Source: Candidatus Daviesbacteria bacterium (GTDB lineage: Bacteria; Patescibacteriota; Microgenomatia; Daviesbacterales; UBA10151). Taken from it: a stretch of DNA of 64,000 nt. The notes below the pieces were generated by a model. It was not told the DNA's origin. It did no database searches and saw only the letters and a program-made list of their open reading frames with translations. Of the stretch, positions 1 to 10,265 are shown piece by piece. The first letter of the stretch is position 1. Each line of letters begins with the position of its first letter. Location of the stretch: NCBI GenBank assembly GCA_016186955.1, contig JACPKP010000009.1, positions 225,595-289,594 of the forward strand. Reading direction: 5' to 3'. Made by a program: the position numbers and the translations under genes.

Positions 1-1507
1 TATTTATGCAGATGTGCCATTTGTGGCGCTGTTTGGTTTAAATGAATTAGCCGTTAGGATGCCCTCTGTTATTGCGGGAGTGTTTTTAGTATTACTGATT
101 TATTTACTGGTTAATGGGTTATTTAATAACAAAAGTTTGGCATTGTCTGTAGCATTGATGTTGGCTGTTTCTCCTTTGGCAATCCAGTTTTCCAGGCCTG
201 CTTTTGAAAGCAACCTGGCGGTTTTTCTAAATTGTTTAGGAATATTTTGTTTTATTAGGGGACTCAAGAAATCTAATCTTTTTATACCGGCAGGTTTATT
301 TTTTGGCCTCTCTTTATTTACATACCAAGCTTCAAGAATATTTATCCCCATACTGATTTTAGGATTGTTTCTAATATATAAAAAAGACCTTTCTTTTAAA
401 AAAGATTTAAGAATTGGGTTGGGAATATTTATTTTATTTGTCCTGTTAGTGGGTACCCAAATTTTAGTGTTGAAACAATCAAGTAGGCTTGAGGCTATGA
501 ACTATTTTGCATACAGGCGTTCTGATGAGCAAATAAACCAAATAGCCAAAGAAGACGGGTATCAGGTTTCAGACTACAAGTTTCAAATTTTGCATGGTGA
601 ATGGTTTGCATATTTGAAAGGTCTTACAGAGCGTTATTTGATCTATTTTTCACCCAAAATGCTTTTTATTGATGGAGATTATAGCCCAAGACACAGAGTA
701 CCTGATTTGGGTGTTTTGTATTATATTTCAGCACTGCTTATACCTTTGGGAATAATTTATCTTTGGGGAAGAAAAGAGAGAGGCGCAAAGCTTATTTTTT
801 TTCTGTTGGCAATTTCCTCAATGCCCGCTGTTTTATCAAGGGATTTGATTAGCATGGTGAGAGCCTTAAACTTACTTTTACCACTTACTATTTTGGAAGG
901 GGCAGGATTATATTATCTTCTTCTAAACATTAAAAAATTTAATAGATTCATTTTTATATCGGTAAGTCTGATCATATTTTTTCTAATATCTGCAAATCTT
1001 GTAGTTTTTTTGGATCGTTATTTCATACATGCTTCTATAAAATACTCTCAAGGTTGGTTGTATGGTTATAAGGACTTGCTCGCACTTCAGTGTGATCAAT
1101 TATACTTCGCGCTCGCAAAACCTTGCCTTTTGCCTGAGGCAAAAGGTAAAGAAATTTTTTTCTCAAAAGAAAATTTGTCAAAATATGACAATATTTTGAT
1201 GACTGATGATTATGGACAACCATATATCTACTATCTTTTTTACAGTGTATACACCCCGGATAAATTCCAAAAACAGGCAATTTTAGAGCAACCTTCTATT
1301 GATGTTGGAACAGTAAGAAGAATAGATAACATTGCGTTCCGCCATGTTTATTGGCCAAAAGATAGGGGTTTAAAAAATAGCTTATTCATTGCCACGAAAG
1401 AAGAACTGCCGGATCAAGATATAATCCCCTATCCGCAGTATAAAATCTTAAAGGATATTAATTTTTTAGACGGGCAACATGCATTCAGAGTTGTGGAATC
1501 GGAATGA
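1..1507 (+). CDS. ArnT/PMT-family (GT-C) membrane glycosyltransferase, 5'-truncated by the window edge
   Basis: The frame is open from position 2. Multi-TM protein with GLNELAVRMPS, SPLAIQFSRPAFESN and YGQPYIYYLFY motifs; clear paralog of the next gene. Confidence 0.8.
   Translation, partial: IYADVPFVALFGLNELAVRMPSVIAGVFLVLLIYLLVNGLFNNKSLALSVALMLAVSPLAIQFSRPAFESNLAVFLNCLGIFCFIRGLKKSNLFIPAGLFFGLSLFTYQASRIFIPILILGLFLIYKKDLSFKKDLRIGLGIFILFVLLVGTQILVLKQSSRLEAMNYFAYRRSDEQINQIAKEDGYQVSDYKFQILHGEWFAYLKGLTERYLIYFSPKMLFIDGDYSPRHRVPDLGVLYYISALLIPLGIIYLWGRKERGAKLIFFLLAISSMPAVLSRDLISMVRALNLLLPLTILEGAGLYYLLLNIKKFNRFIFISVSLIIFFLISANLVVFLDRYFIHASIKYSQGWLYGYKDLLALQCDQLYFALAKPCLLPEAKGKEIFFSKENLSKYDNILMTDDYGQPYIYYLFYSVYTPDKFQKQAILEQPSIDVGTVRRIDNIAFRHVYWPKDRGLKNSLFIATKEELPDQDIIPYPQYKILKDINFLDGQHAFRVVESE
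1072..1149. repeat. In-frame palindromic insert (MITE/REP-like) inside the GT-C gene
   Basis: Perfect inverted repeat CCTTTTGCC-TGA-GGCAAAAGG (1126-1146). Second wobble hairpin AGTGTGA/TTATACT (1089-1106). GCTCGCA direct repeat at 1078 and 1111. TAA repeated exactly 78 nt apart (1069, 1147). About 26 extra aa relative to the paralog. Confidence 0.6.
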
Positions 1508-1511
1508 ACAC

Positions 1512-3140
1512 ATGAAATTTAAAATTTTTAATTTAAAATTTTTATTTTTATTTTTGGTTTTGGTTTTAGCTGCTGTTTTAAGGTTGTGGAATTTGGGTGA
1601 GTATCCCGCAGGTTTTAATGCTGATGAGGCAGCAATAGGTTATAATGCCTATTCAATTTTACAAACAGGAAAAGATGAATATGGTACGTTTTATCCCTTG
1701 GCGTTTAAATCATTTGGAGACTATAAACCGGGGCTTTATTTTTATTTTGTGATGCCTTTTGTGGCAACACTGGGTTTAAACGAGATTGCCGTAAGGTTAC
1801 CATCGGCCCTATTTGGTATCCTCACGGTTTTGCTTGCCTACTTGTTAGCAAAAAAGATATTTGAAGATGATAGGGTGGGTTTATTATCAGCGCTGCTTTT
1901 GACGATATCTCCGTGGCACCTGCAGTTTTCAAGAGGAGGTTGGGAAAGTAATGCAGCAACATTTTTTATTACTCTTGGAGTTTTTCTTTGGCTGAAAGGT
2001 TTAGCTAAACCAATATTTATATTCTGGAGTTTATGCAGTTTTTTAATTTCTATGTATTTATACCAAAGCCCAAGGTTAATCGTCCCTTTGTTTTTACTAT
2101 CAGGTGTCATTTTGCATAAGGACTTACTCTTTAGGGAGATAAAAAAATTAGTAATTTTTATCATGATAGTTTGTATTTTGTCAATACCGCTTATTTTACA
2201 ATTTACTTCAGGAGAGGGGGGGGCCAGATTCAGAGGCCTGTCATTTTTTTCGGATAAAGGACCACTATCCAGAATAGATGAGTTAAGGGGAGAACACGGT
2301 AACTTAAATGATAAAGCAGCCAAAATATTACACAATAAAATAACAGCCTATGCCCCTAATTTTTTGGGCCATTACCTGGATCATTTCTCCACGCAATTTT
2401 TATTTATAAATGGGGAGGAGGTAATACGTAATAAGGTACCCGAAACAGGGGAGTTTTATCTTATAGAAGCATTTTTTCTAATAATAGGAATATTTTATTT
2501 AATCAGAAGTAAATTTAAACATACAAGATTATTAATTTTATGGATTTTAATCTCTCCTATTGCTTCCTCAATGACTTTCCAGACACCAAATGCATTAAGA
2601 TCCCTTTCAATGGTTGTACCGATGACTATAGTGATGGGGTATGGACTAAGTAAAATTTTCAATATCCTTAGTAAAAATTTCAGAGACTTACTTTTAACAG
2701 GTTGTTTTCTATTGCTTATTTTTGAATTTATACACTATCTTGAAAGCTACTACGTGCACTATCCCAAAAGGTATCCTTTGGCTTGGGAATATGGGTTTGA
2801 GGAGATGGTTTCTAAACTTGAAAAATACCAGGATCAATATGAAAAGGTTGTGATTACAGACCGTTATGACCAACCCTACATCTTAGTGCTTTTTTATGGA
2901 AAATATAACCCCGCGGAATACCAACCGCAGGCAGTTTTAACCTCTAGAGATCAATTTAATTTTGGTACAATCCGTTCATTTGATAAATATGAGTTCCATA
3001 AAATAGAACCGAACGAAATTAAAAATACTAAAGACACCCTTTTTATAGGGACAGACAAGGAAATGCCTAAGAATGCTGAAATCATAGACCAGGTTGATTT
3101 TCCAAACGGAAAACCTGCTTTTATATTTTTTAAAACATGA
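1512..3140 (+). CDS. ArnT/PMT-family (GT-C) membrane glycosyltransferase
   Basis: LRLWNLGEYPAGFNADEAAIGYNAYSILQTGKDEYG, GDYKPGLY and SPWHLQFSRGGWESN motifs; many TM helices. Start moved to ATG 1512, just after the previous stop. Confidence 0.85.
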   Translation: MKFKIFNLKFLFLFLVLVLAAVLRLWNLGEYPAGFNADEAAIGYNAYSILQTGKDEYGTFYPLAFKSFGDYKPGLYFYFVMPFVATLGLNEIAVRLPSALFGILTVLLAYLLAKKIFEDDRVGLLSALLLTISPWHLQFSRGGWESNAATFFITLGVFLWLKGLAKPIFIFWSLCSFLISMYLYQSPRLIVPLFLLSGVILHKDLLFREIKKLVIFIMIVCILSIPLILQFTSGEGGARFRGLSFFSDKGPLSRIDELRGEHGNLNDKAAKILHNKITAYAPNFLGHYLDHFSTQFLFINGEEVIRNKVPETGEFYLIEAFFLIIGIFYLIRSKFKHTRLLILWILISPIASSMTFQTPNALRSLSMVVPMTIVMGYGLSKIFNILSKNFRDLLLTGCFLLLIFEFIHYLESYYVHYPKRYPLAWEYGFEEMVSKLEKYQDQYEKVVITDRYDQPYILVLFYGKYNPAEYQPQAVLTSRDQFNFGTIRSFDKYEFHKIEPNEIKNTKDTLFIGTDKEMPKNAEIIDQVDFPNGKPAFIFFKT

Positions 3141-3997
3141 TTAAATTATCATTGGCATTGGCGACTTTTAATGAAGAAGACAATATAGGAAATTGCCTTA
3201 AATCAGTAGAAGATTTAGTGGATGAAATAGTCATAGTTGATGGTGGTTCAACTGATAAAACAGTTGAAATCGCTAAAAATTATGGCGCTAGAGTATATAT
3301 AACCGATAATCCTCCTATTTTTCACATCAACAAGCAAAAAGCGCTTGATTTAACGGCAGGAAGTTGGATTTTACAGCTTGATGCTGATGAAAGAGTAAGT
3401 AGTAAACTTGCTGTAGAAATAAAAAAAGTTATCTCTATGACAGATCAAGAGATACAAAAATACCAAGATTCTTTACCCAACAAAAGGTTATTTGTTGCTC
3501 ACCAAAAACTAATTGACCTAAGAGACGGTAAGATTGGAAATGATGCAGATGAATATACAGCATTTTTTATTCCAAGATTAAATTTTTTTCTAGGTAAATT
3601 CCTGCGTTTTGGAGGGGTATACCCTGATGGGGTAATACGGCTTTTTAAAAAAAACAGAGCTTACTTACCATGCAAAGATGTTCATGAGCAATATGTCGTT
3701 GATGGACGCGTTGGTTGGTTGCAAAACGATTTGTTACATATGGCTGATCCCACCTTCTCCAGATATATAAAAAGAAATAACAGATACATAAATTTAATTG
3801 TAGGTGAACTCAAAAGGGATAAGTTACAAAAAAATATTCCCCAATTTGTTAACTATTGCTTTGTCAAACCACTGTGGTGGTTTTTTTGGACACAGGTCAG
3901 GCATAAAGGAGCTTTAGACGGTATTCAGGGTGTGATTTTTTCATTTTTCTCAGCTTTGAGATTTCCCAGAGCCTACATTAAATATTTAACAAAATGA
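3137..3997 (+). CDS. GT2 glycosyltransferase (beta-1,4-glucosyltransferase/WaaE-like)
   Basis: ATFNEE, IVDGGSTD, LQLDADE and VHE motifs; ATGA overlap with the previous gene. Confidence 0.85.
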   Translation: MIKLSLALATFNEEDNIGNCLKSVEDLVDEIVIVDGGSTDKTVEIAKNYGARVYITDNPPIFHINKQKALDLTAGSWILQLDADERVSSKLAVEIKKVISMTDQEIQKYQDSLPNKRLFVAHQKLIDLRDGKIGNDADEYTAFFIPRLNFFLGKFLRFGGVYPDGVIRLFKKNRAYLPCKDVHEQYVVDGRVGWLQNDLLHMADPTFSRYIKRNNRYINLIVGELKRDKLQKNIPQFVNYCFVKPLWWFFWTQVRHKGALDGIQGVIFSFFSALRFPRAYIKYLTK

Positions 3998-5043
3998 AAA
4001 AAAATAAATTAAAAGTTGGCATTGATATTTCGGAAATGAATCCATTGAGCATGAATAGAGGGATAGGATTTTATACGGACCATTTATTCAAATCATTGAT
4101 TAAATACACAGATTTGGATGTTGTATTGGTTGAAAGGCAAAAAGATGTTAAAAATTTAGACTTAATACATTATCCTTTTTTTGATTTTTTCTCCCCAACG
4201 TTGCCTTTAATCAAAAAATTACCTGTAATAGTCACTATTCATGATGTTATCCCGCTAGTTTTTCCTAAACATTATCCATCAGGCATGAGAGGGAGGATCA
4301 TTTTAGAGAGACAAAAATTTTCCCTGAAAACAGTTCAGGCAGTGATTACAGATTCTATATCTTCCAAATTAGACATAATGAAATATTTAAATGTTGCTGA
4401 AAATAAGATTTCTACAATATATCTTTCGCCCGCTGAGAGATTCAAAAAAGAAAGGGATTTTAAAACATTATTATCTGTTAAAGAAAAATATAATTTACCG
4501 GAAAAATTCGTTCTTTATGTAGGTAACATTAACTGGAATAAAAACTTGTTGAATTTAACCAAAGCATCTATTGATGCGAATGTTGATCTTTATCTAATTG
4601 GAGATGCATTTAAAACAGAAAAAAATCTTGAACACCCTGAATTAAATGATTACAAAATATGGCTTCAGCAATATTCAACTTATCCAAAAGTACATATTAT
4701 AGACACATATCCGAAAGATGATATTGTTGGGATCTATAATTTAGCCGAAGCTTTGCTGCTGCCTTCTTTTTATGAGGGGTTTGGATTACCGATTTTGGAG
4801 GCGCAAGCTTGCGGTACCCCTGTAATTACAAGTGATATATCCTCAATGCCGGAAGTCTCAGGGGGAGGAGCAATCCTGATAGACCCAAATAAACCGGATA
4901 AAATTACTGCTGCAATTAAATCCCTAGAAATGCAGTCTGTAAAAGGTAAGCTGATTAAAGAGGGTTTAAGAAATGTAGAAAAATTTTCATGGAAAAAAGT
5001 TGCAGAAGAAACCCTGTTGGTTTACCAAAATATTGCTCCATAA
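3994..5043 (+). CDS. GT4 glycosyltransferase (MtfB/WbpY-like)
   Basis: RGIGFY, VTIHDVIP and PSFYEGFGLPILEAQACGTPV motifs. Confidence 0.9.
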   Translation: MKKNKLKVGIDISEMNPLSMNRGIGFYTDHLFKSLIKYTDLDVVLVERQKDVKNLDLIHYPFFDFFSPTLPLIKKLPVIVTIHDVIPLVFPKHYPSGMRGRIILERQKFSLKTVQAVITDSISSKLDIMKYLNVAENKISTIYLSPAERFKKERDFKTLLSVKEKYNLPEKFVLYVGNINWNKNLLNLTKASIDANVDLYLIGDAFKTEKNLEHPELNDYKIWLQQYSTYPKVHIIDTYPKDDIVGIYNLAEALLLPSFYEGFGLPILEAQACGTPVITSDISSMPEVSGGGAILIDPNKPDKITAAIKSLEMQSVKGKLIKEGLRNVEKFSWKKVAEETLLVYQNIAP

Positions 5044-5135
5044 ATATAAGGTAAAAGCTATATACTTAGAACAAGGACAGAAATTATCAATTCCTGACGC
5101 AATACAGTTAAGGGCAAGAAACTTTTTTTAATTTT

Positions 5136-6284
5136 ATGCATAAATTTTCTTTACAGAAATCAATCCTAATCTACTTTACCATTTGGAGAATTTCCCTTTT
5201 TTTTATCGCATTTATCTCTACTATTATCATTGGTGATTTTGGAGCAAGATTCCCTTATTATAAGGAATTACTTATAAATACGGGTTTGCCTGCTTGGGTT
5301 TGGGGATTTGGTAATTTTGACGGGGTTCATTATCTGACAATTGCTCAAACAGGTTATGCAGCCCAATTTACCCAAGCTTTCTTCCCATTTTATCCCCTAT
5401 TGGTAAAACTTCTAACAATTAACGGGGCCTATTTATTAACAGCACTAGTTTTATCCAATATACTTTTTTTAGCCGCTCTTTTTTTGTTGTACAAGTTATT
5501 CAGAATGGATTATGATAGTGAAATTTCTTTTAAATCACTTTGTTTGCTTCTTGCAATCCCCACGTCATTTTACTTCGGCGCTGTGCATTCGGAATCATTA
5601 TTCCTCTTTTTCAGTGTCGGCAGTATATTAGCGATTAGAAAAAAAAAGTATATTTTATCAGGTTTACTCGCAGGTTTTGCTTCCGCCACCAGAATAGTTG
5701 GTATTTTTTTAACCCCGCTGATTTTGATTGAAATAATCAGTTCATTAAAAATTGGTACATTGAAATTCAAAAATAAAGAGTTTATAAAACCATCTCTTGC
5801 CCTGTTAATAGCGCCAATGGGACTTATTATTTATATGATTTTTTTAAAAATCCAATTCAATGACCCCCTTTATTTTTTAAATGCACAGCATGCTTTTGGA
5901 ACAGGCAGAAGTGATCAAAATTTTATTCTCTTGCCCCAAGTTTTTTATAGGTACATAAAAATCTTATTAACAGTCAATATTACATCGTTACCTTTTTTTA
6001 ATGCCCTGCTGGAGCTTATTTTTACAGTTATACCTTTAACAGTATTATTTATGAAGTTTAAAAAAATTAGATTTAGTTATTTGGTTTTTACATGGGGCAG
6101 TCTTTTATTACCGACATTAACCGGAACTTTAACATCAATGCCGAGGTTTATTTTAATGGGTTTTTTACTTCTGCCAGTAGTTGTCATAAGTTTCAATAAG
6201 CATATTAAAGTAATTATGATAATAATGATCATTCTTCAGATATTACTTCTGAGTTTATTCATACGGGGTTATTGGGTTGCATGA
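5136..6284 (+). CDS. PIG-V/GT76-like polyprenol-phosphate-sugar-dependent mannosyltransferase (GT-C)
   Basis: NFDGVHYLTIAQTGY, AFFPFYP, HSESLFL, ATRIVG and SMPRF motifs; multi-TM. Confidence 0.8.
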   Translation: MHKFSLQKSILIYFTIWRISLFFIAFISTIIIGDFGARFPYYKELLINTGLPAWVWGFGNFDGVHYLTIAQTGYAAQFTQAFFPFYPLLVKLLTINGAYLLTALVLSNILFLAALFLLYKLFRMDYDSEISFKSLCLLLAIPTSFYFGAVHSESLFLFFSVGSILAIRKKKYILSGLLAGFASATRIVGIFLTPLILIEIISSLKIGTLKFKNKEFIKPSLALLIAPMGLIIYMIFLKIQFNDPLYFLNAQHAFGTGRSDQNFILLPQVFYRYIKILLTVNITSLPFFNALLELIFTVIPLTVLFMKFKKIRFSYLVFTWGSLLLPTLTGTLTSMPRFILMGFLLLPVVVISFNKHIKVIMIIMIILQILLLSLFIRGYWVA

Positions 6285-6287
6285 AAC

Positions 6288-6316
6288 TTGAAAAAAATTC
6301 CTTATCCAGGTACTAT
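6288..6316 (+). promoter_or_regulatory. Sigma70-type promoter, likely leaderless transcript
   Basis: TTGAAA-N17-TACTAT; the -10 box ends 8 nt before ATG 6325 and there is no SD sequence. Confidence 0.55.
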
Positions 6317-6324
6317 TCCAATTA

Positions 6325-7002
6325 ATGAAAGGGATAGTTGTAGTACCTGCTTTTAATGAAGAAAAAAGGATACTTCGGGTAATTAAAAAAATACCGCAGG
6401 AAGTTGATCATCACAAGCTGGAAATCTTGGTTGTTAACGACGGTTCAACCGACCTTACAGAGATAATTCTTAAAAAAAATAAAGTAAAGGTTATATCCCA
6501 TCCTGTAAATAGAGGTTTAGGGGCTGCTTTAGGGACAGGTTTTGAGTATGCAAGAATCAAGAATTACGATTTTTTGATCACACTCGACGGTGACGGTCAG
6601 CACGATCCCAGGGAAATACCTAAATTATTAAAACCCATTATTAATAAGGAAGCAGATTTTATAGTTGGGACAAGGATAAACAAAGGTAGCATGCCCTTTA
6701 AAAGGCGGATGCTTACTTTCTTTGCGACGCTAGCCACTTTTGTGTTAACCGGTGTTTGGACGGCTGATTCCCAATCCGGGTTTAGAATATTTTCCAAAAA
6801 TGCTATTAAAAAAATTAATATTCAAGTGGATAAAATGGAGGTTTCCACTGATTTTTTCCGACAATGCAGGGAAAAGGGTCTTGTAATATTAGAGGTTCCC
6901 ATCAAAGCAATCTATACAAAATATTCTCTAACTAAAGGGCAAAATTTTTTTAACTCATTTAATATAGTAGGGAAGCTAATGCTACAAAATTTAAATAATT
7001 AA
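6325..7002 (+). CDS. GT2, DPM1-like polyprenol-phosphate sugar synthase
   Basis: PAFNEE, VNDGSTD, NRGLGAALGTG, DGDGQHDP and DSQSGFR motifs. Confidence 0.85.
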   Translation: MKGIVVVPAFNEEKRILRVIKKIPQEVDHHKLEILVVNDGSTDLTEIILKKNKVKVISHPVNRGLGAALGTGFEYARIKNYDFLITLDGDGQHDPREIPKLLKPIINKEADFIVGTRINKGSMPFKRRMLTFFATLATFVLTGVWTADSQSGFRIFSKNAIKKINIQVDKMEVSTDFFRQCREKGLVILEVPIKAIYTKYSLTKGQNFFNSFNIVGKLMLQNLNN

Positions 7003-7003
7003 T

Positions 7004-7360
7004 ATGCAAATTATTACTCAGTTTATTGCAATTTTTTTTGCTATCTTCGCCCTAAGTAGGGCATACCTCCGTTTTAAAGAGCGAAAATTATCATCCTTTG
7101 CTTTCATTTTTTGGATTTTTGTATGGATAACAGGGACTGTGGCTATTTTCTTTCCTGATTTAACCACTAAAATAGCAAAATTTGTTGGAATCGGCAGAGG
7201 AGTTGATATTGTTCTTTATGCCTCGATTATTATTATTTTTTATTTACTCTTTAGAATTTACATAAAAATTGAAGATACTCAAAGGCAAATTACCCAAGTA
7301 GCCAGAAAAGTAGCCTTGCAAAAAATGATGAAAAAGAAAAAACCCCGCTTAAGGCGATGA
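7004..7360 (+). CDS. DUF2304-family small membrane protein (partner of the DPM-like GT2)
   Basis: Three TM segments, GIGRGVD motif, C-terminal coiled coil; typical position right after a DPM-like GT2. Confidence 0.75.
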   Translation: MQIITQFIAIFFAIFALSRAYLRFKERKLSSFAFIFWIFVWITGTVAIFFPDLTTKIAKFVGIGRGVDIVLYASIIIIFYLLFRIYIKIEDTQRQITQVARKVALQKMMKKKKPRLRR

Positions 7361-9561
7361 AAATTCTGTTTATAGCTGAGTTTTTTCCTTCCAATAACCA
7401 ACTAAACTTTAGTGGCGGGGTTGAAGCTTACAACTATTTTCTAGTACGGGAGTTAACAAAAAAAAATAAAATTACTGTTATTTGCCGTGGAGAAAATTTA
7501 ACTTCCAAGCGAAGGCTTAAACTTCCCTTTAAGATTATCAGAATAGGAAAAAGCTCTAAAATTGACACATCTTTTATGACTATTTTCCAAAGAGTGATAT
7601 TTAATATTTTGGCCATTAAGGCAGGCCTTGGTGAGGAGTTTGATTTAGTGCAAGGGAACAATTTTGTCACCTATATTCCGGCTTTTATAATAGGATTTGT
7701 AAAAAGAAAACCTTCGATTGCGTGGTATCCGGATGTTTTTATCGGTAAATGGATTAAACTGACAGGTTTTTTTTCTGGGATAGTAGGTGAGATTTCCGAG
7801 AGAGTTGCAATAACTTTTCCTTGGGCACATTTCATAGCGCTAAGCAATTCGACAAAGAATAAGCTTTTGAAAACGGGTATTAAAGTAGATAAAATTTCTA
7901 CAATTTATGCAGGAGCAGATCTGGATTTTTTTACACAGATAAGAGTTAAGAAACGAATAGTTTTTACTATATGTTGCATATCCAGATTGGTAAATTATAA
8001 ACGCCTTGATTTGTTGATTAAGGCAGCAGCAATTTTAAAAAAAGAAAAATTAAAGTTTCAGATAGAAATTTTTGGTGACGGACCCGAAAAGGAGAATTTA
8101 CTTTTATTAATTAATAGATTTGGTTTGGACCAATGGATAAAAATTGAGTCAAATTTAACCAGAGTTGAGTTGGGTAGACGGCTTAAGTCCGCCCACCTTT
8201 TCTGTCTTCCTTCAGAACAGGAGGGCTTTGGATTGTCAGTAATAGAGGCCGCAGCTTGTAGTTTACCATATGTTGTTTCCAACATTTCCGTATTTAGAGA
8301 AATTACCCATAGAGGACAAGGCGGGTTATTTTTTAAACAGGGAAGCCATTTTGATCTAGCAAAAAAAATTAAGAAATTTATTCAGGATAAAAAACTGGAG
8401 AAAAAATCCTCTCAGAATTCCTTTGAACTGGCGAAACGCTATTCATGGGAACAAATTGCCCAAGAGTTTGAGCAAATATATCAGAAGATAATTACCCGGA
8501 AACTTAAGATATTAGTGTTGGTAGACGCTTGGTTCCCGCATATTGGGGGAGGGCAGGTACATGCATGGGAGTTATCCAAGCAATTAGCCCAAAAAGGATG
8601 CAAAGTGACAATATTAACCAGAGATTTAGGCGGATGGGGAGAACAATATCCAGGTGTGGAAGTAATTAGAATAGGAAGAATCAAAAAATTTGCCAATATC
8701 TGGGGAAGGTTAGAATACCTATTTTATGCCCTTTTTTACAGCTTATTTGCAGATTATGATATTTTTCATGCTCATGCTTTTTCTCCGGGTCTTATTGCGC
8801 CTTTTGTAAAAATCTTCAGAAATAAGCCTACGGTTTATACTGTACACGGTAAGGGTGCAAAAATAGCCGGACTCGGATTTGGAGAGGTATTTCTTGAAGA
8901 CCTAGTTACTTATAAAATACCTTATGATTTGGAAATTACCGTTGCCAAAAATACTATAACAAAAAAAATCTCAGCCAAAAAATCTGTAGTAATTCCAAAT
9001 GGTGTAGATATAGCAAAATTTGCAGTAGCCAAAAGAAAAAGGACAAAAATTAAAAATATTTTATATGTCGGTAGATTAAGCTACGAAAAGGGCGTAGATA
9101 TATTGATTGAAGTTTTTAATGGTTTAAAAAGCAAAAAATTAAAGTTATTCATAGTAGGAGAGGGAGAGGAGTTTGGAAAACTTAAAAAAATGGTGATTGG
9201 GGAAAATATAAATTTCCTCGGCAGATTAACGAGCCGTGATTTAATAAACGCATACAAAAAAGCAGATTTATTAGTTATTCCCTCAAGGACAGAAGGACAA
9301 CCATTAATCTTATTTGAAGCTTGGGTTGTAGGCTTGCCTATTTTAGCGACAAAAGTGGGAGATAATAAAGTTTATATAAAAGAAGGAATAAGCGGGTTTT
9401 TATCTAAACCAGATATAGAATCGTTAAGAAATGGCATAAGAAAAGTTTTAAAAAATAAATCTTTAGATGAAATTATCGCAAATGGAGAAAAAAATGTTAA
9501 GAATTATTCATGGGATATCATTTCAGAGAAAACATTAAATAGTTACAGGCAAATACTATGA
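7357..9561 (+). CDS. Tandem GT4-GT4 fusion glycosyltransferase
   Basis: Two complete GT-B units: GGVE...PSEQEGFGLSVIEA, then KILVLVDAWFPHIGGGQ...PSRTEGQPLILFEA. Confidence 0.85.
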   Translation: MKILFIAEFFPSNNQLNFSGGVEAYNYFLVRELTKKNKITVICRGENLTSKRRLKLPFKIIRIGKSSKIDTSFMTIFQRVIFNILAIKAGLGEEFDLVQGNNFVTYIPAFIIGFVKRKPSIAWYPDVFIGKWIKLTGFFSGIVGEISERVAITFPWAHFIALSNSTKNKLLKTGIKVDKISTIYAGADLDFFTQIRVKKRIVFTICCISRLVNYKRLDLLIKAAAILKKEKLKFQIEIFGDGPEKENLLLLINRFGLDQWIKIESNLTRVELGRRLKSAHLFCLPSEQEGFGLSVIEAAACSLPYVVSNISVFREITHRGQGGLFFKQGSHFDLAKKIKKFIQDKKLEKKSSQNSFELAKRYSWEQIAQEFEQIYQKIITRKLKILVLVDAWFPHIGGGQVHAWELSKQLAQKGCKVTILTRDLGGWGEQYPGVEVIRIGRIKKFANIWGRLEYLFYALFYSLFADYDIFHAHAFSPGLIAPFVKIFRNKPTVYTVHGKGAKIAGLGFGEVFLEDLVTYKIPYDLEITVAKNTITKKISAKKSVVIPNGVDIAKFAVAKRKRTKIKNILYVGRLSYEKGVDILIEVFNGLKSKKLKLFIVGEGEEFGKLKKMVIGENINFLGRLTSRDLINAYKKADLLVIPSRTEGQPLILFEAWVVGLPILATKVGDNKVYIKEGISGFLSKPDIESLRNGIRKVLKNKSLDEIIANGEKNVKNYSWDIISEKTLNSYRQIL

Positions 9562-10265
9562 AAAAACCGAAAATTAGTGTGTTAATGCCGGTATATAACG
9601 GGCAAGCGTATTTAAAGGAAGCTTTAAAAAGTATTTTTAATCAGACCTTTAAAAATTTTGAACTTATTGTTATCGATGATGGATCTACAGATAAAACACC
9701 AGAAATATTGAAAAAAATTAAAAATAAAAAATTAAAAATAATAAGAATTAAGAAAAACTTAGGGCTATCAAAAGCGCTAAACAAAGGAATTTTTATAGCA
9801 AGAGGTGAGTACGTTGCCAGATGTGACGCAGATGATATTAATAAAAAAAATCGATTTAAGAAACAAAATAATTTTTTAGATAAAAATCAGGATTTTGTAT
9901 TGGTTGGTTCAAATGCAGTCGCAATTAATGAAAAAGGGGGAGAGATCGGGACTTTAAAAATGCCTGAAACAGATAAACAAATCAGGTGGTCGATAATAAT
10001 AAGAAATAATATTTTGCATCCGAGTGTAATGCTGAGAGCTAAAACTTTAAAAAAAATTGGAGGTTACAGGGAATTATTTAATTTAGGCGCTGAGGAGTAT
10101 GATTTATGGTTTCGCCTACTCAAAAAAGGCAAAGCGTACAATCTACAGGAGCCCTTGATAAAAAGGAGGATTGATGGCAAAGTTTATACCAGGAAGTATC
10201 ATCTAAGAGTGGAACTTTTTGCATTATTGGCCAGAATAATCAATTTTCCCCGTCTATTTTGCTAA
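9558..10265 (+). CDS. GT2 glycosyltransferase
   Basis: SVLMPVYN, IDDGSTD, ARCDADD and HPSVM motifs. Confidence 0.9.
   Translation: MKKPKISVLMPVYNGQAYLKEALKSIFNQTFKNFELIVIDDGSTDKTPEILKKIKNKKLKIIRIKKNLGLSKALNKGIFIARGEYVARCDADDINKKNRFKKQNNFLDKNQDFVLVGSNAVAINEKGGEIGTLKMPETDKQIRWSIIIRNNILHPSVMLRAKTLKKIGGYRELFNLGAEEYDLWFRLLKKGKAYNLQEPLIKRRIDGKVYTRKYHLRVELFALLARIINFPRLFC

Noticed and set aside
5044-5135. 92-bp intergenic region as a possible ncRNA or riboswitch
   Set aside because: No convincing stem-loop or known motif; at most a TATACT -10-like box.
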